Assembly (NCBI RefSeq): GCF_004010195.1 | Contig: NC_057718.1 | Location: 79,788,514 to 79,824,431 of the forward strand | Direction of reading: 5' to 3' | Source: Chiloscyllium plagiosum | Taxonomy: Eukaryota | DNA length: 35,918 bases | Shown here: piece by piece, positions 1-11,006 of the stretch | Numbering within the stretch: the first letter of the stretch is position 1 | How the letters are laid out: each line of letters begins with the position of its first letter | Position numbers and translations under genes: made by a program | The notes under the pieces: model-generated | What the model was told of the DNA's origin: nothing | Database searches by the model: none | What the model saw: the letters and a program-made list of their open reading frames with translations, nothing else

Positions 1-1170
1 AAAAGCTTTTCTGAGGTCCATGCAGACTGCATCAACTGCACAACCTTCATCTACACATCTAGTCACATCCTTGAAAAGATTAGATTAGATTAGATTACTT
101 ACAGTGTGGAAACAGGCCCTTTGGCCCAACAAGTCCACACCGCCCCGCCGAAGCGCAACCCACCCATATCCCTACATTTACCCCTTACCTAACACTACGG
201 GCAATTTAGCATGGCCAATTCACCTGACCTGCACATCTTTGGACTGTGGGAGGAAACCGGAGCACCCGGAGGAAACCCACGCAGACACGGGGAGAACGTG
301 CAAACTCCACACAGTCAGTCGCCTGAGGCGGGTATTGAACCCGGGTCTCTGGCGCTGTGAGGCAGCAGTGCTAACCACTGTGCCACCGTGCCGCCCAAAA
401 CTTTCATGAAACCTGTCAGATATGATCTCCCCTGACAAAACCATGCCTATTATCCTTGATTAATCCTTGTCTCTCCAAGTGAAGATTGGCTCAGTGGCTT
501 TTAGTTCCTCAATTTATCCCTACCACTCTTCTTGAATAACTGTACAACATTAGCAGTCTTCCAGTTCTGCGACCATTCAGGATTTGAAAGTAAATGTTGC
601 AACCTTCTTCCCTTCCTCCCATAACAGTCTGGAACATAGCTCAAAAGTGTATCGAGGCTTATCCAATTTTAAGCTTGCTAAAACTACTACTATCTCCCTC
701 CCTATCAATGGGAATTTGCTCAACTTTCTCACAGACCTCAATGCTGATTTACATATCTATACTTTCCTACTCTATAGTGAATAAAGATGCAAAGTACTCA
801 TTCAAGCCTTACTGATGTCTCCCAGACCCTCACATACAGATTACCATGTTGGTCTCTAATGGACCCTGCTCTTTTCCTTGATTATCCTCTTGCCTCTAAT
901 ATATTTACAAAGGACCTTTAAATTTTCCTTTACCTGAATCATCTTTTTTTTAATCACACCCATCTTTGCTCCTTTACCTTTTTTCTAAGTATCCTTCTGC
1001 ACTCCCTATATACCTCTAAAACGTCTGCTGTTTTTTGGCCATAGGTATCTACCATACCCTTCCCTTTTTTTCCCTTATCGAATCCTGTACATTCCTTGAC
1101 CTCCAGATTTCTCTGCGCTGGTTGGTCCCAACCCTGATCTTTGTGGGAACATGTTGGCTTTGCACTCTCA
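1..1170 (-). mobile_element. Decayed CR1-clade LINE ORF2 fragment, interrupted by a SINE at 78-396
   Basis: Minus-strand translation of 1-75 gives FKDVTRCVDEGCAVDAVCMDLRKAF (RT 'D.SKAFD' region). After the SINE it resumes with GLIKDNRHGFVRGRSYLT (HGF..GRSCLT motif). The right boundary is approximate. Confidence 0.8.
78..396 (-). mobile_element. HE1-type (V-SINE) tRNA-derived SINE, full length, young subfamily
   Basis: The reverse complement starts GGGCGGCACGGTGGCACAGTGGTTAGC (A box), has a GGTTCAATACCC B-box, the V-domain TGTGTGGAGTTTGCACGTTCTCCCCGTGTCTGCGTGGGTTTCCTCCGGGTGCTCCGG, and a (TAATC)n tail. Many CpGs are retained. Confidence 0.93.
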
Positions 1171-1199
1171 CTGTTTCGTTTTTGAATTAATATCTCAGA

Positions 1200-1590
1200 A
1201 ATTGTGGCATTGGAGGAAATTACAGAGATACAGAAGGATGAGGCTATGGCAGGATTTGAACGCAAGGTTAAGAATTTTAGAAGCAAGATATTGTTTGACC
1301 AGGAGCCAATGGAAGTCAGTATATACTGAGGTGATAGGGATCACCCCAGGGGAATTAGAACTTTTGATTACTTCACATTTACAGAAGGTAGAATGAGGGG
1401 GACCAGCAAGGAAGATTTTAAATTAGCTGAGTCTAACAGTGATAAAGGCATGGATCAGGGTTTCATTTGAAGAGAAGTTAAGATGGGTGAGATTGGGCAT
1501 TATTATGAAATTGGATATAGTGATCTTAGAGATGGTGCAACTTGACGCAAGAAACTTATGTCAAGATCAATTGCTGAGCAGATATCACAG
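1200..1590 (-). mobile_element. Old L2-clade LINE fragment
   Basis: Resembles the recalled antisense 3' ORF2 region of fish/shark L2 (ggagg..attacagagata, ggagccaatg, aaggcatggat.agggtttca). Highly degenerate. Confidence 0.6.
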
Positions 1591-1801
1591 TGTCAGAATA
1601 ATTATAAAAGATTTTTCAGGAAATGATCCAAGAATCACCAGAAGGAAATGATAAAATCTTTTAGACGAGGCATGAAAAAACCTGCTGTTGAACCTGTGAG
1701 AGCAACTATTACATTTTGCAATCATCTGGCACAGTAGGCTATTCTAAGAAACTATAAGAGTAGCATAAAAGTCTACATTGGTGTCCACTACATTTTTTTA
1801 T

Positions 1802-1953
1802 GATGTGGAGGTGCCGGTATTGAGCTGGGATGGACAAAGTTAAAAGTCACACTACACCAGATTATAGTCCAATAGGTTTATTTGGAAGTACAAACTTTCG
1901 AAGCACTACTCTTTCATCAGGTAGCTATAGCCCGGTGTTGTGTGAATTTTAAC
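1802..1953 (-). mobile_element. Short Penelope-like terminal fragment with 29-bp inverted repeat enclosing a hammerhead motif
   Basis: Arms 1839-1867 and 1925-1953 are imperfect reverse complements. The loop's minus strand reads CTGATGA-A-AGAGTAGTGCTTC-GAAA-GTTTGTACTT. Confidence 0.7.
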
Positions 1954-2594
1954 AACTTTTTTTAGCAAGTAAAATATCATCACTAAAATATAAGACATCT
2001 AAATAAACAAGGTGCACTTGTTACATTAATTTGCTGAATTTTTGGTCAATTCTTAAAAGTGAGTACTAATGATAATGAGATCTATTAATAGAGATTAAAA
2101 GCTTGAAAATATCAAGCCAATTGATGAATATGATGTGCAATACAAATGTGATAGGGTCAGGAATTCTGACTAAACTTAGAAATGCTGTGACAATAGCTGA
2201 CAACTTGTAATGAGTCCTGGGCACTTAGAACTTCCATCCATCTCAAACTCTATGTGGCAGGCATCGAAAGGAATTTTCTAGACTGGAAATTTTCTACAGA
2301 CCAAGACTCACAAGCTGCAATGCAGGGTTACTTTAATGGTGGGAGCATTTTCCTCAGTGACTGTAGATTGGATGCCTCAGAAACTTGCCACTGTAGAGAT
2401 TAGTGTGGTGATTTAAGTGCAGTGCATCTGGGGGATCGGGAGCAGTTTCTGGCCTGACACCCCAGAAGAAAGTCAGTCCAAAATCATCTTACCTCTCCCT
2501 ATAAAAAACAGCTTTATGAAGAAATCAGAACTATCTGCAGAGTATTCATCATTGTCAGTTCCTTCCATCCACAATAGGCACAAATTATAAATTA

Positions 2595-2768
2595 GAAGAA
2601 AGTGAGGACTGCAGATGCTGGAGATCATAGTCGAGAGTTTGGTGCTGGAAAAGCAGGATGTTTTGGGCATAAGCCCTTTGATCTAGTGCTTATGCCTGAA
2701 ATGTTGATTCTCCTGCTCCTCAGATGCTGCCTGACTTGCTGTGCTTTTCCAGCACCACATTCTCGAAT
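2595..2768. mobile_element. Foldback Penelope end-fragment with ~15-bp TSD
   Basis: Two inverted copies of the same terminal sequence seen at 28330-28420 (ggtgctggaaaagca / tgcttttccagcacc; gggcataagc / gcttatgcct). Flanked by acaaattataaatta (2580-2594) and acgaattataaatta (2769-2783). Confidence 0.8.
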
Positions 2769-3624
2769 ACGAATTATAAATTATTAGTCATTGATTAAAA
2801 GTACGTTAGGAAAATGGAGGTATTTTGAAAAATGAAAACAAAATATGATACTGTTTTGTTTTAAATTGGTTAATAGTGAAATTCAGCCCTACAACCCTCA
2901 GAGAACTATTCCTCTACATGCATAGAGTTTCTGCTGGAAGATAATGAAATGCTGATTTGAGTGTCCAAATCAGGATCAAACATCACCAGAGTAAACTGCA
3001 AAATTTACACGAGGCCAGCGCATGGTTGCCATTGTGGCTTTCCAATTGGGAAAATTTGGCAGTAAATTAATTCAAGGTCATAACAGGCCAAGAGAAGTAA
3101 ATAATTTGACATGTTTTTGATGCAATCCTGCAGAAGATTACAAAGTTCAGGCCATGGCTCTGAAATCTGATGCCCAGTGCAAGTTAATAATTAATTTGAT
3201 CTTTACAACAAATATTGAAATGCTGCTGGCAAAAAAAATTACTCAAACTCACACAAACAGTTTCATACAATAAAGAAAAACTTCTGCTTGATATTAAGAG
3301 TTTTGAAAAAAACATGAAGGCTTGGCTTTTACTGCTGAGACGGGAAACACGAATCGGGATCATTTTCAGATCAGCTACCTGCACTCCACGGGAAAGCTGA
3401 TTTAACTCATGATTTTCATGCATCTCAGCTCTTATTTGATATGGATACAGATTCCCTGTACACTTAGAACCAATGGTGCATGAGGAGACCATCAGTTTGC
3501 ATGACCACTGACTGAGGCACTCAGTGGATTCTTCTGGTCTCTCTCAATTAGTTACTTCTCTTTCCACTGTCTGATCAATGATACTTTAAACAGCTGTCTG
3601 GGCCTCCTTATATTTTTCTTACAG

Positions 3625-3748
3625 GTAATGGGAAAGGTATTGGGATCATTCACACCAAGCAGGGGGGAAAATTGTCAGGTAGCTGAGCTCTTCAATGAAA
3701 TAAAACCACATGTTCCAGTCTACATCTTCCATAGATGTGTTAGCAGAG
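3625..3748 (+). CDS. Candidate internal exon A of an unidentified host gene (VMGKVLGSFTPSRGENCQVAELFNEIKPHVPVYIFHRCVSR)
   Basis: Strong acceptor tatttttcttacag at 3611-3624, a stop-free phase-0 frame (ORF 3628-3819), and donor GAG|gtattt at 3748/3749. It lies outside recognisable repeats. The protein is not recognised. Confidence 0.45.
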
Positions 3749-4340
3749 GTATTTTAGACTCCCATCCATGCTATGCTCCTCAACCAGGGTCAGAGACATC
3801 TCATGTTGCTCACAATTAGGGCTTATATGTTGGGACAAAACAAAAATCACTGACTCTTCAGACTCTGGGTCACAGCTATTTCCCATTTACAAATCACATG
3901 ATTATGGAACACATTGCAAGATACTCCAGAACTGAGTCACAGGCTAAACCTGTTAATCAAAGGCCGTGCCCAAATCTATGTTCCTTTTTTCCTTGCAATT
4001 CCTGTCACACTCATCAATACTGAGCCTCCAAACATGCCCAAACACCACTTTGATTTGTGTCTTCAGCTCTCAACATTACCCTCTGAGCCCTGACCCTACA
4101 GTTTGGTCACGCTAACCATTATGTTGCAATGTTCCTGTCAAGGCCATGGCAATGGTGGTCATCAACAATACTTCCCTTCTGCAGCAGCCCATGACCTCTA
4201 CTGTACTATTGCCTCCCTTCTATACATGAGTCGCTCCACTTCAGAATTATTATCCCCTGCATCCCAGCCGGTTGCCTCCAACCCACAGAATTAGTTTTCC
4301 TAGCCTCCATACCACGGCAGTGCCCTTTGAGAAACATTCT

Positions 4341-4736
4341 TGACTTTACATGAGCTGATCCCCAGGACTGACCAGAGCTTATTCTCCTAAATGACTTTGA
4401 CAGACAGTTCTGATTAATGGTTGACCTGACCTCTGACAAATTGTGTGTGGCTCTCCAACTGACTTACCACTATTTCCCAGACTGTTTGCACTGGGCTTGC
4501 AGGAATGACCATGGCCAACACCCTGAACTGATCTGAAATGGACTCTCTGACCCTGGCCACCCCAAATAGCTGACTGGTCATGTCCAAGCCCCGTGGACTG
4601 ATTACAGATGTTGCTTTACATTGACAAAGCTAGGACTCTTGGTTAAACTGACTTGACGACTGAAATGGGCTCCCCTGAGACTTTGATTGACCATGGTTTA
4701 AGCATATGAAGTGAATTTGCCACATAGGCTACTGAC
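4341..4736 (+). repeat. TGAC-rich degenerate repeat
   Basis: 16 TGAC tetramers counted on + in ~400 bp versus one GTCA. Three more TGAC follow the CR1 insertion, at 5085-5104. Confidence 0.6.
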
Positions 4737-4774
4737 AATAGATGCAGGTGTAAAATTGGCATAACATGGTGCTA

Positions 4775-5064
4775 TGACGCTAGAGGGCATAGGTTTAAGA
4801 TGAGAGGGGAAACATTTAAAAGGGACCTTACGGGCAACCTTTTCACACAGAGGATGGTGCACGTATGCACTGAGCTACGACAGGAAGTAAGTGGTGGAGG
4901 CTGGTACAATCACAGCATTTAGAAGGCATTTGGATGGGTACATGAACAAGTGGGGTTAAGAGGAATATGAGCTAAATGCTGGCAAGTGGGACTAGATTTA
5001 TTTAGGAAATCTGATTGACATGGAATGAAAGGTCTAAATCCATGCTGTACAGCTCTATGATTCT
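4775..5064 (+). mobile_element. CR1 LINE 3' end fragment
   Basis: Encodes the RGHRFKMRGETFKRDLTGNLFTQR C-terminal ORF2 motif and ends in a ctctatgattct CR1-type tail. Confidence 0.88.
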
Positions 5065-5371
5065 GTGTCTTGCCCCTGGACTGATGACTGCTGACAACTA
5101 TGACAAGCTGCCTGGCTTTGTCTCTGCTCTAAAAGCCAAGGCAAGACAAAGGGGTGTAGGGGACAGTGAAGAAGGTTGCCTTGGTCAGATGACAATTCAG
5201 CAGCTTTCTAACAAGAAGAGTTGCAAGGCTGTATGTGGGCTTCTTAGCCGGGGCTTGTCTGCTCCCACCTGCTTTCTTTGTTTTTTTTAACTTTTTTTTC
5301 TTTTTTTCTTGTGTTTTTCTTCTCTTGAAAGCCTTTTGCAGAGGGTTAATCTCTAACTTTACTGATTTTAT

Positions 5372-5855
5372 CAAAAATGGTGGCGGAGTCGGACCTTCAG
5401 TTGGAGCTTGTCCGCTCAGGCCGTTTCCTATTCTTCTTTTTCTCTTCTCTTTTGTGTCTTTTCTCCTCTCTTCTTTCTTTCCCCCGCCAAGAATTAGCAG
5501 CCTCCGATGCTTGGCCTAAGACTCAGTGCCGATCCGGTGAGCTGGCCTCACTGCTTGGTGTGGTGGCCACCTGACATGGTGAGGCAGCCTCCTGGTCTGG
5601 CATAGCAGTCTTTTGGTCAGCTTGGTGGCCATCCAACATGGCATGGCAGACCTTTATCCTGACATGGTGCAATCTTGGCCCGGCATGGCAGTCTCTCTGG
5701 CTAGCATGGTGGTCATTAGGTGGTATGTGGCAGTCTCCCAGCCTGCTGTTCTTCTTTGTGGACCTCCGGTGGGTCCTATCCCTGAAGGCAGATTGTCCTG
5801 GCAGTGGCATTCCAATGAATGGTGCTGGTGCCATTCAAGATGCAGCATTAAAGTG
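5372..5855 (+). repeat. Unclassified GC-rich repeat with YY1-like start motif and internal 21-bp tandem array
   Basis: AAAATGGTGGCGG at 5374-5386 (a CpG-decayed AANATGGCG), then a pyrimidine tract, then nine 20-21-bp units (consensus ~ggcatggcagtctcctggcct) at 5557-5744. The right boundary is uncertain. Confidence 0.55.
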
Positions 5856-6103
5856 CAGAACAGTGTTGCAAGTAGATTAGAGATGAGCCATGTGGGTTGG
5901 TGAGGTTGATATGTGTCAGATGCCAACATCCATAGAAGGCAGTAGCATACAGTTACTGCCCATGGAATGTGTCCCGAGATGTTTGATTGATGTCCAATAT
6001 AGAGATCGAGGAACTGGAGTTGCTGGACAACAAATCTTACTTTTATATCCAGCATTGTCATCATTTAATTTTAGCTGTTGCTTGGGAGAATGGGAAATTG
6101 CCA

Positions 6104-7435
6104 TTAGAGATATACAGCACAGAAACAGAACCTTCAGTCCAACTCATCCATGCTGACCAGATATCCTAAATTAATCTAGTCCCATTTTCCAGCACTTGCC
6201 CCACAAACCCTGCCTATTCATACACCCATCTAGATGCCTTTTAAATGCTGTAATTATAACAGCCACTGCATGGAAAAATTGCTTCTTAGATCCCTTTTAA
6301 CTCTTTTGCCTCTCACCTGAAACCTATGCCATGCAATTTTGGACTCCCCCACACAGGGGAAAAGACCTTAACTATTTTCCCCATCTATACCCTCAGACTT
6401 TATAAGCCTTTGTAAGGTTACCCCTCAGCCTCCGATGCTCCAGGGAAAATAGTTCCAGCCTATTCAGCCTCTCATTACAGCTCAAATCCTCCAACCCTGG
6501 CAAAATATTTGTAAATCTTTTCTGAACCCTTTCAAGTTTCACACCATCCTTCTGACAGCGGGGAGACCAGAATTGCATGCAGTATTCCAAAGGTGGCCTC
6601 ACCAATGTCCTGTACAGCCACAACATGACCTCCAAACTTCTATACTCAATGCACTGATCAATAAAGGAAAGCATACCAAACACCTTCTTCACTATCCTAT
6701 CTACCTGCAATTCCACTTTGAATGAACTATGAACCTGCACCCCATGATCTGTTTGTTCAGCAACACTCCCCAGGACCTTGCCATTAAGTTTAAAGGATCT
6801 GCACTGATTTGCCTTTCCTAAATGCAGCACCTCACATTTACCTAAATTAAACTCTGTCTGCCACTCCTCGGCCCATTGGACCATCTGTCAAGATCACAAT
6901 TTACTCTGAGGTAACCTTCTTCCCTGTCCACTACACCTCCAATTTTGTGTCATCTGCAAACTTACTAACTATACCTCCTATGTTCACATCCAAATCATTT
7001 ATATAAATGATGAAAAGCACAGATCCTTATGGCACACCGCTGGTCACAGGGCCCCAATATGAAAAGCAACCCTCCACCATCACTTTTTGTATTCTATCTT
7101 TGAGCCAGTTCATACCCAAATAGCTAGTTCACCCTCTATTCAGTGTGATCTAACTTTGCTTACCAGTCTACATGAGGAACCTTGTCGAATGCCTTACTGA
7201 AGTCCATATAGTTCACATCCACTGCTCTATCTTCATCAATCCTCTTTGTTACTTCTTCAAAAAACTCAATCAAGTTAGTGAGACATAATTTCCCACACAC
7301 AAAGCCATGTTGACTATCCCTAATCAGTCCTAGGTTTTGAAATGCATGTAAATCCTGTCCCTCAGGATTCTCTCCAACAACTTGCCCAACACTTATGTCA
7401 AGCTCACCGCTCTGTAGTTCTCTGGCTTTTCCTTA
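6104..7435 (-). mobile_element. 5'-truncated CR1 LINE (RT C-terminal half plus 3' UTR)
   Basis: ORF 6393-6884 reads WAEEWQTEFNLGKCEVLHLG...LYRTLVRPPLEYCMQFWSP...LERVQKRFT. Upstream FADD and HGF..GKLCLTNL remnants are present. Confidence 0.95.
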
Positions 7436-8149
7436 GTAATCAGTATTTAGTATAATCACATTATTTAGGAATATGATTCAAGGTTGAAATTTGTTAATGT
7501 ATGTGAATTACTTGTGCTCCATCTTCATTGTTCATCATACATACTAAAGTCAAGGAGTGTCATTGTCATCTGACTGCTCAGTATACAACAGTAACAAAGA
7601 TCTTACATGCACAGGATTGTACTGGATATTATGATCCCATGTAATGTTAACAACGGACAAGGCAGATCCTAAAATGAAATCTGTTTGAGCGACCATATTT
7701 TGGTTTTTGCAGATGATTAACATTTTGGTCAGTCACTAACCCATATTCATAAGGCTGCAGATGTTCTTAAACAACAGAAACATAAATTAATTTCAGAAAG
7801 AAAAACAAGCCAAGTAACATGTTCACAATAAAGTTTAGAGAACTATTAACAAAAACATCAAAACAAAGTTTCAACCTTTATCATACCATCTAACAGGGAG
7901 ACTTAATTCCAAAGAAATATCACTCCTGTCACAGCTTTACAACTCTTAACTGTAACTGTCCAGTTTCTTTTTCTTGAATAGAAAAGACAACATTATGATT
8001 CATTTCAGAATCCAATAGCATGAACCTCTTAATTCTGTTGGCCTCAGCTAAACTGTCTGATGCTTCTTAAAAAAAAATTCACAGAACTGACAAATTCCTT
8101 CTACCTCTACCTTAAAATCCAACTTCCAAAAATGATTTTTCATGTATAT

Positions 8150-9275
8150 AAAATCACAACACAACACAAAAAACAAGCCATTTAATCCATTCAGTACACT
8201 CTGGTGTTTATTCCTCACTCAATTCTCTCCCACCTTTCCTCATCTAAATTGGTCATCATAACCATCCATTCCCTTTTTCTTGACATACCTGTCCAATTTT
8301 CCACTAAGTGCTTCTACATTATGTTCTTCAACCACTCCCAATATTGCTGAGTTGCACATTCTCACCATTATTTGGGTGAAGAAATTTCTTCTAAACATTC
8401 CACTGGACTTCCATGTGATTATCTTATCCTGATAGACTCTCATTATGCTTTTCCTCGCAAGAGGGGATCCACTTAATCAAACCTTTTCATAATGTTTAAG
8501 ACCTTCATTAAGTCACCACTAGGGAATTTTATTTTCTCTCAAAAAAATGACCCTCGCTCTCAATGCATTCCTATGCATCCAGCCCCACCAGTGCCTCATA
8601 TCCCTTTTAAAAGGACTTTGGTTAGCTTTATTAACTGGATGTCTGGTTTGCAATGCAGAATAATGCCAACAGTTGGGTTCAATTCCTACAGTGGCTGAGG
8701 TTACCCTGAAGGACTCTCCTTCTCAGCCTCTCCCCTCTCCTGAGGTGTGGTGACCCTCAGATCAAATCACCTCCAGTTGTCTCTCACAAATGAGACAGCA
8801 GCCCGATAGTCTAGTAGGACTATGACAACTTTACCTTTTCTTCTTTTTACAATATGGTAATCAGAACTGCACACAGTCCTCTAAAGTTCTTTAACCAAGG
8901 TTCAGTACAGATTTAACATGACTTCTCTACTTTGCAATTCCAGTCTTCTGGGAGAAAAAAAACTTTGTACATGATTTGCTGTGATTTTTGTATTAGTCAC
9001 ACAAACAAATGGCAAACTTTCCAGTGAATGGTGTATTCGTAATTCAAGAGCCCTTTGTTCCTCTGTCCCACATAGACTTGCACCTCCCAAATAATGTGAC
9101 TTCCCTATACTCCCCACCAAAATATATTATTTCACATTTATCTGCATTGAATTTCATTTGCTACTTATTTGTCCATTCTGCAACATTATTAATGGCCCTT
9201 CCTGATAATTAGTTATAGTCTCCCTCAGTATTGATCATCACTTTCCCAATTTGATTTCATCTGTAAATTCAGAAA
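8150..9275 (-). mobile_element. Old CR1 LINE 3' fragment, interrupted by a SINE
   Basis: ORF 8240-8443 contains FRRNFFTQIMVRM, and ORF 8902-9120 contains LELQSREVMLNLY. Confidence 0.8.
8612..8838 (+). mobile_element. Second tRNA-headed SINE family, copy 1 (family unassigned)
   Basis: TGGTTAGCT head, GGGTTCAATTCC B-box, and internal cctgagg...cctcag hairpin. Homologous to 13998-14138 and 33429-33614. Confidence 0.8.
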
Positions 9276-9944
9276 TAAATTGTGTTGTCACAGGTAACTT
9301 TTTTTTAAACTTTTCCTTCTATTTGCCAGAGATCAAATAAGTTACTTCATGTTGGTCTATATTTCCTTAGTTAAGAGAGATCAAGTCAATTTTAATAACA
9401 AAAGGACAAATGAATATTAAAGAAAATGAAGATTACTTTATTTCACAACACCTGACCCAGATGTTAAACAAAATGTCTCACTTACACAACTTACCTTCAC
9501 TAACACATAAAAAATTTAAACACAGATGGATGAGAAAATAGAAATTAAAAATGTTAATAGTAAAGAAAAATGCAATTTCACTCACTCTTTTGGTGCAAGC
9601 TTAATGTTTCTCAGTCAAGTTGTTAATTAGGCAAAAGTGAAAGTCTTTAAAATATAGCAATTTTTCAGAGGTTACAACAGTTCCTCTAGCTGACTTGCTC
9701 AGAAATTAATTTTGCAGGGATAATTGAGGCAAGATTAACTAATAATGTTAATGCATGCTAATGCACACAAATAAGCCTCTCACTGCTCGTTAATAAGAGT
9801 CTTATCTTGCCATTCAACAATTAGTTGAAAAATGGGAGTATTTGCTCTCAACATTGAGAAGCTCCTCACTGCTAATCTCACATAATTTTCCTAACTTCCT
9901 CATCAATGCCCACATTGTTCAATGTCTGGGAATTCTGAAGTGAA

Positions 9945-10460
9945 TAATTCATCTCCTGACTGCCTAAATCCTGTCCACCATCTACAAGAACAATTGGGGT
10001 ATGATGGAATTGCTACACTTGCCTGGATGAGTGCCCCTCCAACAACACTCAAGAAACTTAACATCATCTGGGACAAATCAGCCTGCAGCACAGCCTCCAG
10101 CACATTGAACATGCACCATCTTCACGACCAATGATCAGTGAAGGTGTGTGCACCATTTTCTAAATACGTGTTTTCTGACATCACCTTTCAAGACCATGAC
10201 ATCTACAACCTAGAAAGACAAAGGCAGAAGATGCATGGGAATACTATCATCTGCAAGTTCACCTCTAAGTCACACACCATTCTGACTTGGAACTACATCA
10301 CCATTCCCTTGCTGTCATTAAGTCAAAATCCTGGACCCCTTCCTAACAGTATGTGGGTGTATCTATGCTCTATGGACTGCATCAGTTTAAGATGGCAGCT
10401 CACAACTAGCTTCTCAAAGGCAATGATTAGCTAGCCAATGACATCCACATTCCAAAGATT
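9945..10460 (+). mobile_element. LINE 3' fragment of the CR1/L2 group, distinct from the other CR1 copies
   Basis: Translates to LSTIYK...LAWMSAPPTTLKKLNIIWDKSA (the 'LYKAQVR..MEY...W...L..IQ.KA.R' RT C-terminal region) and CKFTSKSHTILTWNY. Confidence 0.75.
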
Positions 10461-10554
10461 AATTGCTTTCTACTAAAAAAGAAAATTTTGAGTCTCAGGT
10501 TTTATTCTCAGGCTGGGACTATAAAATCAAAGACAATTTCCAGCCAGTCTAGAT

Positions 10555-10892
10555 GGGTGGCACAGTGGTTCAGTGGTTAGCACTGCTGCCTCACAGCACC
10601 AGGATTGTGGGTTTAATTCCAACCTTGGGTGACTGTGTGGAGTTTACACATTCTCCCCATGTCTGCATGGGTTTCCACTGGGTGCTCTGGTTTCTTCTCA
10701 CAGTCCAAAGATGTACAGGTTAGTTGGATTAGCTATGCTAAATTGCCCATAGTGTCCAAGAATATCTGGTTAGGAGGCCTGGCCAAGGGAAATGCAGGGT
10801 GATTGGGTTGGAGGAGGTGGGTCTGGGTGGGATGCTCTTTCGGAGAGTCAGTGTGGGCTGACCGACCTACTTCTACACTGTAGGAATTCTGT
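10555..10892 (+). mobile_element. HE1-type SINE (older copy)
   Basis: GGGTGGCACAGTGGTTCAGTGGTTAGC head, V-domain, and acactgtaggaattct tail. CpGs are decayed. Confidence 0.92.
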
Positions 10893-10913
10893 CTTTGGGT
10901 TTTTGTTCCACAG

Positions 10914-11006
10914 GTGGGACGTGCAGATTTGATAGGAGCCATAGCAGGAAACTGTGGAATGAGCACAGAGGCGGATCAGGCAGAAGGAGAAAAAATAATT
11001 AGGAAG
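10914..11006 (+). CDS. Candidate exon B of an unidentified host gene (VGRADLIGAIAGNCGMSTEADQAEGEKIIRK)
   Basis: Strong acceptor ttttgttccacag (10901-10913), a purine-rich stop-free phase-0 frame, then an abrupt switch to T-rich sequence. The 3' end is uncertain: only a GC donor (AAG|gcattg) or read-through to TAA at 11058-11060 is available. Confidence 0.4.

Noticed and set aside
104..444. ORFs 104-409 and 220-444 (also 13812-14165 and 35400-35594) as protein-coding genes
   Set aside because: They are chance frames through HE1 SINEs; the same peptide (RKPEHPEETH) recurs wherever the SINE does.
3184..3492. 102-aa minus-strand ORF in unique sequence
   Set aside because: No recognisable domain or convincing splice signals; the length is within chance range.
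5557..5744. 21-bp array (and the ~40-bp array at 12790-12955) as CRISPR-like repeats
   Set aside because: The units are degenerate tandem copies without unique spacers, there are no cas genes, and the context is vertebrate.
7697..7745. Acceptor-like ttttggtttttgcag
   Set aside because: All three frames stop within nine codons and no convincing donor follows.
9285..9760. Possible old solo LTR starting tgtcaca (similarly tgtaac at ~26828)
   Set aside because: No matching CA end or TSD could be identified.
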